Shown piece by piece: positions 39,458-49,301 of a stretch of 64,000 nucleotides of DNA. The stretch is taken from assembly GCA_965212015.1 (NCBI GenBank), contig OZ243037.1, forward strand, positions 928,001-992,000. The letters run 5' to 3'. The DNA comes from Cenarchaeum sp. (GTDB taxonomy: Archaea; Thermoproteota; Nitrososphaeria; Nitrososphaerales; Nitrosopumilaceae). How positions within the stretch are numbered: position 1 is the stretch's first letter; every line of letters starts with the position of its first letter. The notes beneath the pieces are model-generated. The model had not been told where the DNA came from. It worked only from the letters and a program-made list of their open reading frames with translations, and did no database searches. The position numbers and the translations under genes are program-made.

Positions 39458-40426
39458 TTATAGCCTCCTGTTTACCACAAAGTCCAAGAGCTCGACTAGC
39501 TCGCCTTTTGCCACGCCGGAATACCCGTCTAGCGAGGCGCGAGCCGCGTCTGCGTACCGCATTGCGCGCCCCCGGATCGCCTCCTCTATTCCCAGGCCCG
39601 CAATTATCCCGACTGCCTCTCGCAGATCCCCTTTTGTGGCGCGCGGATTTCCAAACTGTTTCATGATGGCCCTCCTGTCTGCCCCGCCGGCCTTTTTTAT
39701 TGCCAGCAGTATGGGAAGCGACTTTTTGCCCTCCCGCAAGTCGTTGCCGACTGGTTTTTTTGTGACTGCGGGATCGCCCATCACGCCTATCAGGTCGTCT
39801 GTAATCTGAAACGCCACCCCGAGGTTGTCCCCAAACGACGAAAGGTTTTTCACGTCGCCTTTTTTCGCACAAGAGCACAGCGCGCCCATCGCGCACGAGA
39901 CATCAAACAGCGCGGCGGTCTTTTTTCTGATCATCCTGATGTACTGCGCAGGCGTCGGGGTTTTTTTGTCCTGCGCCATTGCAATGTCGTATATCTGCCC
40001 CTCGCACACGCTCACGCATGCGGCGGCCAGCCGCCTGACAAGCTCGATTGAAATCTCCGGCGAAAGCCTTGGGCCGGATATTATCTGGTACGCCTTTGAG
40101 AACAGTACGTCGCCTGCCAGTATCGCCACCGGCATTCCGAACTTTCTGTGCACCGTCGGCACCCCGTGGCGCACCTCGTCGTTGTCCATTATGTCGTCAT
40201 GGACCAGCGTAAAGTTGTGAATCATTTCTACTGCCGCAGCTGCTGCCATCGCGTCGCGCCTTTTGCCGCCCAATAGCTGGCAGCTCTTAAAGACCATGAA
40301 CGGGCGCAGCCGCTTTCCCCCGTTGACTATTAGGTGTCTTGCCGCCGCATAAAGCTGCGCCGGATCCCCCCTGATGCTCGCAGCAAGGCGCCTGTCTACC
40401 TGCGCGCCGTCCCCCGTCCTAGTCAT
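39458..40426 (-). CDS. Polyprenyl (geranylgeranyl) diphosphate synthase
   Basis: GGKRLRP, HDDIMD, FQITDD, DLREGKK. Confidence 0.94.
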   Translation of the reverse strand: MTRTGDGAQVDRRLAASIRGDPAQLYAAARHLIVNGGKRLRPFMVFKSCQLLGGKRRDAMAAAAAVEMIHNFTLVHDDIMDNDEVRHGVPTVHRKFGMPVAILAGDVLFSKAYQIISGPRLSPEISIELVRRLAAACVSVCEGQIYDIAMAQDKKTPTPAQYIRMIRKKTAALFDVSCAMGALCSCAKKGDVKNLSSFGDNLGVAFQITDDLIGVMGDPAVTKKPVGNDLREGKKSLPILLAIKKAGGADRRAIMKQFGNPRATKGDLREAVGIIAGLGIEEAIRGRAMRYADAARASLDGYSGVAKGELVELLDFVVNRRL

Positions 40427-41060
40427 GCAGCATCCTCCAGTCGTCATCAGAAAGGTGCGCCCTGATTGATTCTGTCAGCGCATCGCAGAGCTGCGGGCCG
40501 GTCCATTCGCCCAGCTCCCGGTGCCGCCTGAGCGCCTCCGGGCCGGATTCCTGCAGGAGGCGCAGCGCGATTAGCATCCACGGGCAGTACGACTCTGGGC
40601 TGTCGCGCACCGCAGAGAGCAGCTCTTGTGCGGTAACCCATCTTACGTCGCTTATCTCGTCCCGGACCAGCTCAAACTCGGAGCTTGCATCAACTGTTCC
40701 GACCAGTGTGGCGCATATCTCGTTTTCGGATCCCACGTCCCTGTACGGCACGTGGTACTCAAACCGGAACAGATAGTCCATCTCGCACGAGACTCCCAGC
40801 TCTTCGGGCAGGCGCCGCATGGCAGAAGCAGTGTACGACTCGCACTCTCTGGGATGGCTTGCTACCGTGCCGTCCCAGTCCCCCGGCCACAGCATCTTGC
40901 CGGGACTCCGCCTTGCAAGCAAGAGCCTCCCGGAGTGATCAAAGATCAGCGCGGTAAACGCCCTGTGCAGCCTGCCGCCTGGCAGGTGGCACTTTGTCTT
41001 TTCCTCGAGGCCTATGGGATTGTCGTCCCCGTCTACTAGCACTACAAACTCTTGCGCCAA
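40419..41060 (-). CDS. idi: Type 1 (Nudix-fold) isopentenyl-diphosphate delta-isomerase
   Basis: LHRAF, KMLWPG.W, SHP, RRLPEELG, ENEIC, PWM. Confidence 0.9.
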   Translation of the reverse strand: MAQEFVVLVDGDDNPIGLEEKTKCHLPGGRLHRAFTALIFDHSGRLLLARRSPGKMLWPGDWDGTVASHPRECESYTASAMRRLPEELGVSCEMDYLFRFEYHVPYRDVGSENEICATLVGTVDASSEFELVRDEISDVRWVTAQELLSAVRDSPESYCPWMLIALRLLQESGPEALRRHRELGEWTGPQLCDALTESIRAHLSDDDWRMLHD

Positions 41061-41806
41061 CTGCGTCCCCCCCGGAATATCGTTCCCGTGAACTTTTTTC
41101 CCCTGCAGGCCTCCAGAATCCTCTCCGGCCTGTTACCGTTTACAAAAAACACGTCAAGCCCAGCCCTTGCAATGCCCCGGGCCTCGTTAATCTTTCTCTG
41201 CATTCCCCCCGTCACGTCCATTGGGACGCCGGCAATCTCGGGCCTGTGCCCTTTTAGCTCCGGAATGAGCCGCTTGGTTTTCGGATCGGAATACACCCCG
41301 TCAATGTCCAGCACAAACATGCAGAGCCTCGGCCGCAGCGCCCTTGCCAGCATGCCCATGATTCTGTCGCCGGACAGTATGTAATACTTGTTTTGCCCGT
41401 ACCATACGGCGTCGCCGTGCGTGACCGGGACCATTCCGGACTTTGCAATCTTTTCCATGTCCGCAATGCCGCGTGCGACGGGCCTGTCTGCGCGGACGAA
41501 TCCCGCAGGCGGCAGCACGTACGGGTACAGGCCGTTTTTTAAAAGCGAGCCTGCAACCATACAGTTGAGCTCGGCCATCGAGTCCCTTACGGTGGCCACG
41601 GCCTTTGCGCCGTGCCTTGCGGGCCTTGTGTGCATGTTGTATTTTACCGACCAATAGTGGCCAAAGGATCCCCCGCCGTGCACTATTATGAACGGCTCGC
41701 TGATTTTTTTGAGCGCCCGGGAAATGTTGTCTGTTGCCTTTCTCCGCGGGGAGAGCGGCCTTTTCTTGTTTGTTATTATGGAGCCGCCAAGCTTGATCAA
41801 TAGCAT
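41042..41806 (-). CDS. Isopentenyl phosphate kinase
   Basis: KLGGSIIT, HGGGSFGH, SGD, DVTGGM. Confidence 0.92.
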   Translation of the reverse strand: MLLIKLGGSIITNKKRPLSPRRKATDNISRALKKISEPFIIVHGGGSFGHYWSVKYNMHTRPARHGAKAVATVRDSMAELNCMVAGSLLKNGLYPYVLPPAGFVRADRPVARGIADMEKIAKSGMVPVTHGDAVWYGQNKYYILSGDRIMGMLARALRPRLCMFVLDIDGVYSDPKTKRLIPELKGHRPEIAGVPMDVTGGMQRKINEARGIARAGLDVFFVNGNRPERILEACRGKKFTGTIFRGGRSWRKSL

Positions 41807-41830
41807 GATCTTACCTGCCGCCTAGGGATT

Positions 41831-42769
41831 TTAAAAGGTATCCAGCCCCCCAAAGTCGATCCGGGCCAAAAAGCACTCCGGGGCGCTTTTGCGCAGGTTG
41901 CAAATGGATTCGTTGATCCTTTGCGGCGCGGCGACTGCAACGATGCAGCCGCCTCCCCCGGCGCCCGTAATCTTTGAGCCGTGGCACGTCCTGTCTGCAA
42001 CATCGATCATTGCCCGCATTTTTTCCCCGGACACGCCGATTGCCTCCAGGTACCGCTGGTTCTCAGACATTGCCGCCCCCAGCGACGCCAGGTCGCCGCC
42101 GGACAGCAGCCCTTTGGCGCGCGCGACAAGGGCCGACTCTTTTTTGCACAGAGACGAGAATGTGCCGGGGTTTTTTCTCCGGAACTCATCCACGCGGGAG
42201 ACCATCTGGCCTGTTGCATGCACCTGTCCAGAGTTGGCGATTATGAGCTCAAGGCCAGAGTCGGCATCGATGGCAGTATGGCCGGCCTTTGTGCCGTACT
42301 CTATTATTCCCCCGTATGTGCACGCCGCGCTGTCGGCGCCTGATGCGCCTCCGAACATTGTACGCTCAGCTTCTGCTGCAATGCGCGATATCTCCCCTCT
42401 AGAGTGCCTTACAAAGAGCCCCATTACGGAGGCTGCCGCCGCAACGCAGCACGCAGAGGACGACCCCAGCCCCACGCCTGCGGGAATCTCCGAGTCGATC
42501 GTAATTTCCAGTCCCCCGGCATGGCCAAACTCCTTGATTGCCCTTTTTGCAAGAAATACAAACGGCCCGAACCGCCCTGCGGATGGCGAGTCCGGATCCA
42601 GCCGGATGCTGCCGATTCCCGAGTTTATCCGTATTTCCCTCTCGTCGGTCTTGACAGTCGTGACTTTCACCCTCTTGTCTATTGCGCACAGGATGGCGTT
42701 TACACCATGCACTACAAAGTGCTCTCCGAACAGTATCGCCTTTGCAGGCGCAGAAGCTATGGATCTCAA
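41831..42769 (-). CDS. mvk: Mevalonate kinase
   Basis: APAKAILFGEH, P.GVGLGSSSA, SGAD, KITGAGGGG. Confidence 0.94.
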   Translation of the reverse strand: MRSIASAPAKAILFGEHFVVHGVNAILCAIDKRVKVTTVKTDEREIRINSGIGSIRLDPDSPSAGRFGPFVFLAKRAIKEFGHAGGLEITIDSEIPAGVGLGSSSACCVAAAASVMGLFVRHSRGEISRIAAEAERTMFGGASGADSAACTYGGIIEYGTKAGHTAIDADSGLELIIANSGQVHATGQMVSRVDEFRRKNPGTFSSLCKKESALVARAKGLLSGGDLASLGAAMSENQRYLEAIGVSGEKMRAMIDVADRTCHGSKITGAGGGGCIVAVAAPQRINESICNLRKSAPECFLARIDFGGLDTF

Positions 42770-43587
42770 TTAAACGCAATCGAGCAGTATCCCACTACCG
42801 AAGTCTTGTCGCCAGAGACGTCGCCGCTTGTGGCGTATTTCAAGAGCTCCCCGCCCGTGGCGCCAAGGCCGCCGCACGCCTCCATGGTGGCCGCAATGGC
42901 CCCATAGCCGCAGGCGCTTACCGCCTTTTGTGCAAGCACCCCGTAAAACTCGCCGGTATCCATCCCCAGTATGGCGTCTATGAGCGCCCCGTCCTGCGTG
43001 CGGGCAAATCCGTCGGGCTCATAGTGCGTGAGATCCGACGATCCTATTATCAACATGTTTTTGTTTTTTCCAAGCCCCGATATTGCCTGTCCCACCATGA
43101 CGGCAGTCCCCATGTCCTGGTCTGCCAGGGCTATCGGCAGTATCTTAAAGTCGTGCGAAAAGAACTGCTGCAGCATGGGAACCTGGACCTCCAGGCTGTG
43201 CTCGCGCGCATGCGAGGACGAGTCCACCTCTATTCCCGAAAGGCGCGATAACTCGTCGGCTGATTCCGAGTCGACTTTGACGCATCCCAGCGGGGTCTGC
43301 CATGTGCAGTCCCGCATGGTCGCAACGCCGCATCCGTCCCCGCTATGGTTTGGCCCCACCATTACGAACAGATCCGGCCGCTGCTCCCTGATTGCGTGAA
43401 ACGAGTGGCATGCGACGGCCCCGGAATACTCGTATGCCGCATGCGGGCATATTATTCCGACTGCGCCGCGGCTCGGGCCTTTTTTCGGCCCGAGCTCGTG
43501 TGCAACGCACCCGCTTATGGCCCGCCGGAGCGGCGCTGCGTCGCCTGGATAAAACGCCCCGGCAACTGCCGGAGTCCTGGTATGCAT
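42766..43587 (-). CDS. MEMO1 family protein
   Basis: PAVAGAFYP, PHA.YEYSG, EHSLEVQ, SSDLTHY, CGYG. Confidence 0.93.
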   Translation of the reverse strand: MHTRTPAVAGAFYPGDAAPLRRAISGCVAHELGPKKGPSRGAVGIICPHAAYEYSGAVACHSFHAIREQRPDLFVMVGPNHSGDGCGVATMRDCTWQTPLGCVKVDSESADELSRLSGIEVDSSSHAREHSLEVQVPMLQQFFSHDFKILPIALADQDMGTAVMVGQAISGLGKNKNMLIIGSSDLTHYEPDGFARTQDGALIDAILGMDTGEFYGVLAQKAVSACGYGAIAATMEACGGLGATGGELLKYATSGDVSGDKTSVVGYCSIAFN

Positions 43588-44210
43588 TATTCTGCTGCCT
43601 CTTCTATTATCTTTGTCTCAAAATCGTCAATGTCGAGCTTCATGGACTCGTCTTTTTTTAGCTCGCCCTTTTCAATGAGTATCTGCCGCGCAAGCAGCCA
43701 GTATACCGTCGCCAGCGACTTGCGGCCGCGGTTGTTTGCAGGTATGATGACGTCAAGCTTTGAGGTGATATTGTCCGTGTTTGCAACCCCGATTACGGGA
43801 ATTCCCGCGTTTGTCGCCTCAGTTACCGCCTGGCCGTCCACCTGCGGGTCAGATACCAGCAGCAGCTTCGGCTCGATATAGTACGGCAGTGACGGATTAG
43901 TCAGCGTCCCCGGCATGAACCGTCCGAGCATCGGCACTGCCCCGACTGTCTCGCAGAATTTCTCTATCGGGCTCTGGGCGTACTTGCCGCCGGAGCACAC
44001 AATTACGTTTTCCAGCCCGGCCTTTGTGATGAACTTTGCAGACGTCTCGATTCTTGCCAGCGTCGTGTCCAGGTCTATCATGTAAAGGCCGCCCGGGCTT
44101 GCCTGAGTGATAAAGGACTTCATGAACTTTGTCTTGACCTGTGTTCCCACATCGATTCCCGTGGAGAGTACTTTTTTCTTGATGTCTGGAATCTCAGTCT
44201 CTTGGCTCAT
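43587..44210 (-). CDS. rpsB: 30S ribosomal protein S2
   Basis: GRFMPGTLTNP, IPANNRG. Confidence 0.96.
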   Translation of the reverse strand: MSQETEIPDIKKKVLSTGIDVGTQVKTKFMKSFITQASPGGLYMIDLDTTLARIETSAKFITKAGLENVIVCSGGKYAQSPIEKFCETVGAVPMLGRFMPGTLTNPSLPYYIEPKLLLVSDPQVDGQAVTEATNAGIPVIGVANTDNITSKLDVIIPANNRGRKSLATVYWLLARQILIEKGELKKDESMKLDIDDFETKIIEEAAE

Positions 44211-44217
44211 CGGATTT

Positions 44218-45456
44218 TTAAAATTCCGCCATACCTCGTATTAAATCATGCTCCGAGAGCCGGATTAGCTCGTTTAGTTTTGCGACCCGCTCGCCGCCCA
44301 CGATTCCCGCCTTGAGCATCCTGGAGCCGGTTGCGATTCCAATGTGGGATATGTGGCCGTCTGAGGACTCGCCGGACCTGTGCGAGGTGACCAGCGCAAC
44401 TCCGCTGGCGTCTGCCTCCCTTGCAAATTCCATGGCATCAAACAGGCTGCCTGCCTGGTTTACCTTGAGAATCGCAGCATTGCACGCCTTTTTTTGGACC
44501 GCCACCTGCAGTATTTTCCTGCTCGTCACGGTGAGATCGTCGCCTGCAATCATTACTGCGGGAAACCTAGAGGTGAGCTCGGCCATGTCGTCGAATGCCT
44601 CCTCGTGTACTGCGTCCTCGGCGTATGCCAGCTTGTACTTTTCAATAATTGAGGCGGCAAAGTCTATCTGCTCGCCTCGGGAGTTTTCAAATCCCGACCT
44701 GTCATAGACGTATTTTTCCCTTTTCTGGTCCCACTGCGTGGAGGAGGCAAAGTCGACTCCGAGTGAGACCTCCCTGCCAAGCGTGAATCCCAGGTTCTCG
44801 CACGCCGTGACGGATGCCTCCAGTGCGCCCTCGTTGTCAAGCCTTGGCGCCCAGCCCCCCTCGTCACCCCGCCCGTTTGTAAAGCCGGGATCCCTTTTTT
44901 GCAGGACGTCGCGCAGCTCGCGGTGGACTGCCATGTTGGTCTCAATTGCGTCGCGGACGTTCTTTGAGCCTGTGGCACTGACTAGTATCTCCTGTATGTC
45001 CGGCGTGCCCGGCCCTGCGTGTGCGCCGCCGCCGAGTATGTTTCCAAGCGGGAAGGGGAACCGATAGTCCGGGCCTCCCGGAAGCGTCCGGAACAGCGGC
45101 AGGCCCGAGGCCTTTGCGGCCGACTCTGCTGATGCTATGCTGATTGCAAACGCAGCCGCCCCGCCGATGCCAGAATAGTCCGGCGTGCCGTCAATGTCGC
45201 GGATTGCGCCGTGCACCGACTCTGGATCGCCTGCCTCCAGCCCGACGAACTTGGTGGCGTTACCGTTTAGAATCTCCAGGCTTTTTTGCGGGCCTCCTGC
45301 GGGAAAGCTTGCCGCCTCGTGGCGCCCCACGCTTGCACCCGACGGGGCGCAGACGCGCCCGGTAAACCGGCCGTCGGACTCGACGTCCACCTCGATTGTC
45401 CTGGCTGCCCGGCTGTTGTAGATAATGCGTCCCTTAATCGAGGTGATCTTTGGCAA
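44218..45456 (-). CDS. eno: Enolase
   Basis: PSGASVG, GDEGGW, GDDL.VT, KVNQ.G, SHRSGE. Confidence 0.95.
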   Translation of the reverse strand: MPKITSIKGRIIYNSRAARTIEVDVESDGRFTGRVCAPSGASVGRHEAASFPAGGPQKSLEILNGNATKFVGLEAGDPESVHGAIRDIDGTPDYSGIGGAAAFAISIASAESAAKASGLPLFRTLPGGPDYRFPFPLGNILGGGAHAGPGTPDIQEILVSATGSKNVRDAIETNMAVHRELRDVLQKRDPGFTNGRGDEGGWAPRLDNEGALEASVTACENLGFTLGREVSLGVDFASSTQWDQKREKYVYDRSGFENSRGEQIDFAASIIEKYKLAYAEDAVHEEAFDDMAELTSRFPAVMIAGDDLTVTSRKILQVAVQKKACNAAILKVNQAGSLFDAMEFAREADASGVALVTSHRSGESSDGHISHIGIATGSRMLKAGIVGGERVAKLNELIRLSEHDLIRGMAEF

Positions 45457-45457
45457 C

Positions 45458-45700
45458 CTATTCTAGCTCAGACTGGACTTCCTGGTGCCTTTTTTGAATT
45501 GCCTCGTAAAACGGAACAATCTGTCTAATCGTTTCAATGGATGTTAAGAGCATTCTCCGGCAGCAGTATCTCTTGACTCCAAGCGAGTCCATCACCTTTG
45601 CGGGCCCCTCGCCCAGCTTTGTCCTTGCCTTATAGTCTTCGTACTTGTCGGCGATCATGTTTCCGCAGGTAAAGCAACGCACCGGAACTAACATGCTCAC
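45458..45700 (-). CDS. rpoN: DNA-directed RNA polymerase subunit N (Rpo10)
   Basis: PVRCFTCG, RYCCRRM. Confidence 0.96.
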   Translation of the reverse strand: MSMLVPVRCFTCGNMIADKYEDYKARTKLGEGPAKVMDSLGVKRYCCRRMLLTSIETIRQIVPFYEAIQKRHQEVQSELE

Positions 45701-45745
45701 GGTGAGTAATCAAGGATTATAAAAACCCTGCACGGAGTTTTTGTT

Positions 45746-45830
45746 GCGGGTGTAGCCCAGCCTGGCCAAAGGCGCTAGCTTGAGGGGCTAGTCTCTCAGG
45801 AGTTCGTGGGTTCGAATCCCACCGCCCGCA
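45746..45830 (+). tRNA. tRNA-Leu (GAG)
   Basis: GCGGGTG/CGCCCGC, CTAGC-TTGAGGG-GCTAG, long variable arm. Confidence 0.96.
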
Positions 45831-45835
45831 TTTCA

Positions 45836-46453
45836 TTACCTACTAGTCAGCCTTGCAATGGCGTCGATCAGGTCGGATCTGCGCATCTCTTCTGTAATGA
45901 CGGCCCTTACGTCCTCGATTAGCATCCTGTTGACGTCCAGCTTTCTTTTTGCCTCCTTGAGCACCTTGTCATAGGTGGCAAACGGATAGAGCAGCTCGTA
46001 CAGCTCCTCCATCACCTGGAATATCCCCTGCGCCTCTTTTGTGCGGCCTGCGCGTATCCTGTCAAACACCAGCCGCTTTAGCTCCCCGATACAGTCAAGC
46101 AGGCCAAGCACGTACGACGGGCCGGAGACGGCCAGCGCGGCTGCAGAGGGAACAGGCCTCTTGTCTGCAACGGCAATAAGCGAAAAGGCCTCGACTAGCT
46201 CCTGCTCCGGGACGGCTATGTGCCTTCTGAGGTTGTTAGTTGCCCTGGCCCTCTGGGATCTTAGCAGCGAGTCTGCCCTCTTGGCCTTTGTCCGAGCAGA
46301 GTCCATGTCCCCCCTGTGCACGGCGATTATCGACTGGCTGCACAGTATGACTATCTGTCTCGTGTTTTTTATTAAAAATTCGCGCGAGTCCCTGACGGTC
46401 TCTAGTGATTTTGAGATTTTGCCGAGGGACGCCCTGGCGCTTTTGAGCGACAC
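45836..46453 (-). CDS. Translin-family RNA-binding protein
   Basis: SREFLIK, QELVEA, YVLGLLDCIGELKR, KRKLDV; GTG start at 46453. Confidence 0.85.
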   Translation of the reverse strand: MSLKSARASLGKISKSLETVRDSREFLIKNTRQIVILCSQSIIAVHRGDMDSARTKAKRADSLLRSQRARATNNLRRHIAVPEQELVEAFSLIAVADKRPVPSAAALAVSGPSYVLGLLDCIGELKRLVFDRIRAGRTKEAQGIFQVMEELYELLYPFATYDKVLKEAKRKLDVNRMLIEDVRAVITEEMRRSDLIDAIARLTSR

Positions 46454-46501
46454 AAACGACGGTGGGATGCTCCAAGATAAAGCCGTTTGCAAATGCAGGC
46501 G

Positions 46502-46561
46502 GTAACAGGCTAGGTCCAAGAGGGATATTTGGATCCACAGGCGCCGGACCTAACCGATTAC
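46502..46561. mobile_element. 60-bp MITE, copy 2
   Basis: GTAACAGGCTAGGTCC...GGACCTAACCGATTAC; TSD TGCAGGCG/TGTAGGCG (7/8). Confidence 0.88.
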
Positions 46562-46759
46562 TGTAGGCGCGCGACGTGTAACAGTTGGCTACTAGCTTGC
46601 ATGACTGGAATTTGCGTGTGATCGGCCTTTGGAATGGCAGGCGGGTCGCCGTACCGCCGAGTCAATTTCGTGGTTTTTTGATGGAAATCATATCCAAGGT
46701 ACAATTAGATCTATTTTGCATAACTCATTAACCTTTAATATGCGCGATTACAAAATGGC

Positions 46760-47209
46760 ATGATGGAGCATATTGGATATTTTGCATATGGTTCCAATCT
46801 GAATAAATCACAAATGCGGAAAAGGGTTGGAGCATGGCATTCGTCAAAAAGAGCACGTCTGATAGGATACGAGTTTGTGAGTAATGTTAAATCCAAAAGA
46901 TGGGATTGCAATACATCCAACGTGAGGGTGGGAAATGAAAATGATGTGGTATACGGAGTTGTCTATTTTATAACAAGAGAACAGCTTGACCAAATGACAT
47001 CCTTTGAAGGAATTGATCCGAGGTATGTGGATGTCACGGATGAAGATGAAAATGTGATACGCAATGTTGCAGTTTATTATTGGGACTGCGAGCATCCATC
47101 AGAAACACCTTCCAAAGCATACATAGATACCGTGATCGAAGGCATTATAGAGCATCAATATTCTGAGAGTGTAATTACAAAGGTAAAAAAAAGTTTTAAA
47201 AGATTATAG
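46760..47209 (+). CDS. Gamma-glutamylcyclotransferase (GGCT/AIG2-like) family protein, AT-rich
   Basis: YFAYGSNL, VYGVVY, LD..FEG, PSKAY. Confidence 0.88.
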   Translation: MMEHIGYFAYGSNLNKSQMRKRVGAWHSSKRARLIGYEFVSNVKSKRWDCNTSNVRVGNENDVVYGVVYFITREQLDQMTSFEGIDPRYVDVTDEDENVIRNVAVYYWDCEHPSETPSKAYIDTVIEGIIEHQYSESVITKVKKSFKRL

Positions 47210-47554
47210 TCAAAGGTATGAGTATTTGGAACCAGAGTAACCCTCATGAAATATTTCATCACGTCTAGCGAATATCTTTGTCCTGAAATACTCACGTGGG
47301 GAAATATTTCATCGCATCAAATGTAGTATTCAGATGGCGTTTTGAATGTAGTGGATCAGGTTTTCGTTTTGTCTGATGGGCGCCTGCCGGCATGCCAGTT
47401 TCCAGCTGTGCCAGTCCGGATCCCTGCCCATCACTCACGCAATCCCCCTTATGGGCAAAGCTCCATTTCTGCAATCAGGCAGATCCCGATCTGTTGCATC
47501 TGACACACATTGATGCAGTCTTTATATTAAAAAAAACCCCGCAGGATTGGCAGC

Positions 47555-49234
47555 CTATGGCCGCGTGTATGCCTGCGTATCTGCGCCGCCTAGCGTGTCA
47601 CGGTACGCCTGCGGAATGAGATCCCAGGACCTCTGTATCAGGTGCTGCACCATAGAGTCAAGCACGTACGTCCTGGCCCAGTCGTCCTGGCTGCGGATGG
47701 ATCTTCCAAACCCCTGCAGCAGCTTTGTCAGCGTCTGCGAGGCGTACCAGAGCGGGTATTTTTTCATCTTTAGGGCGACGCGCTTGTCAGAAAAGTTCGG
47801 GTACGGAATCTTTGAGATGATTTGAAACCTGGACATGTCGTCTTTGAGGTCGACTCCCTCCCACAGCGACGAGGAGAGAAGCACGCCGCCAGGGTCGCAA
47901 GAGTGCTCCGCTATTATCTCGTCAGGCGTCATTGCGCCCTCGCCTGCGTGGCATATCCTGATCCTCTTTCTGTTGGATTCTGACAGGTTGTCGCGTATCT
48001 GCCGGCACCTGGCCCTAGACGAGGTCAGCACCAGTCCGCGCTGGCCTGCGTGCGCGCAGAGCAGCTCGTCGATTCTCCCTATCACTGCCAGCTCGTCGGC
48101 CAGCGACGACCTGTATCCCAGGCTCCGGACGTTGAGAAACTCGATCCTGCGGTTCTCCAGCGGAAAGGGCGACACGGGCGCATCGACTATTGCCACATCG
48201 GACGGCGCAATGCCCGTAGTCTCGCAAAAAGAATTCCTGTTAATAGTGGCAGACATGAATACCTGCACCGGCGCATCAAAGAACTTTTGGACGTACTTTG
48301 AGATGTCAAGCGGCCTGACGTCGGCCAGGGAGTACTGCGGGTTTCGCGGCAGGTTTATGACAAAGTTGTCCTTGTTGGAGCTAATCTCGGCGCTTGCCGC
48401 CGCATACCTCGTATATCCCGCATCAAGGCGGTTTAGCAGGTCATAGTCCGGATTCTCCTCAAAGCCCGGACTCTGCTGAATGTCCGATATTTTTTTGGAA
48501 TAGTGCCCTGCCATGTCGTCGAGCAGCGCGGTGATGAGATCAATGTCGGACAGGTCGTACGAGTCCGTGTCGATGCCGCACTCTTCTGCATCCCTCCTGT
48601 TGATGGCGATTCCTATGAACTGGAGTATCTGATCCTCGATCTTGTGCGCCTCGTCGAATATCGCCACCGGCCGGTCCAGGTACTTTGCAAAGGTCTTTTT
48701 GTTGTACTTCATTATCTGGAAATAGGCGTAATAGTTCCACAAAGAGTGCGGGGAGATTAGCGCCGTGTATTTCTGATCATAGTACGGGCAGACTGTCCCC
48801 TCAAAGGAGCCGGATTCAAAGTCCTCTATTGCCGGCTTGTACTTGCAGTTGTACGTCTTGCCGTCCCTTTTTTCCTGGCACTGGCCCTTGTTGCACGTCA
48901 TGCGCAGCTCCATCGCCCTGGCAAGCTCCTTTTTTGCAACGCCGTTTTGCTCCATGATCTTCATGCACGCAAAGTTCGACTTGCCCTTGACCGGCCTGAG
49001 CATTTCAAACTCTTTTGAATACTGGTCCTGCAGCTGCTTTGAGGCGGTGACTATGAACGAGCCGCCATAGTGCAGTGAAAGGTTGACTGCAATCGGGGAT
49101 TTTCCCACCCCGGTGGGCGCAGATACGATGATTTTTTCGTACCCCGACTTTATGCTTTCCTCGATTCGGGCCACCAGATCCACCTGGATTGGCCGCGGCG
49201 TCAGGCCGGCAGGAAAGCTCCCAATCATTGCCAT
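47555..49234 (-). CDS. DinG/Rad3-like SF2 helicase
   Basis: APTGVGKS, DEAH, MSAT, EGVD, QGFGRSIR. Confidence 0.92.
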   Translation of the reverse strand: MAMIGSFPAGLTPRPIQVDLVARIEESIKSGYEKIIVSAPTGVGKSPIAVNLSLHYGGSFIVTASKQLQDQYSKEFEMLRPVKGKSNFACMKIMEQNGVAKKELARAMELRMTCNKGQCQEKRDGKTYNCKYKPAIEDFESGSFEGTVCPYYDQKYTALISPHSLWNYYAYFQIMKYNKKTFAKYLDRPVAIFDEAHKIEDQILQFIGIAINRRDAEECGIDTDSYDLSDIDLITALLDDMAGHYSKKISDIQQSPGFEENPDYDLLNRLDAGYTRYAAASAEISSNKDNFVINLPRNPQYSLADVRPLDISKYVQKFFDAPVQVFMSATINRNSFCETTGIAPSDVAIVDAPVSPFPLENRRIEFLNVRSLGYRSSLADELAVIGRIDELLCAHAGQRGLVLTSSRARCRQIRDNLSESNRKRIRICHAGEGAMTPDEIIAEHSCDPGGVLLSSSLWEGVDLKDDMSRFQIISKIPYPNFSDKRVALKMKKYPLWYASQTLTKLLQGFGRSIRSQDDWARTYVLDSMVQHLIQRSWDLIPQAYRDTLGGADTQAYTRP

Positions 49235-49301
49235 GCACGCATCACCCCCGCGCGTCCCCCGCCGGTCCGCGCCCGTGGCAGCACAATGCGGCGCATGCCG
49301 T

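Noticed and set aside
1681-42773. Many long overlapping antisense or alternate-frame ORFs (e.g. 1684-2619, 37510-38433, 41889-42773)
   Set aside because: Shadows of real genes in GC-rich DNA, with no recognisable motifs
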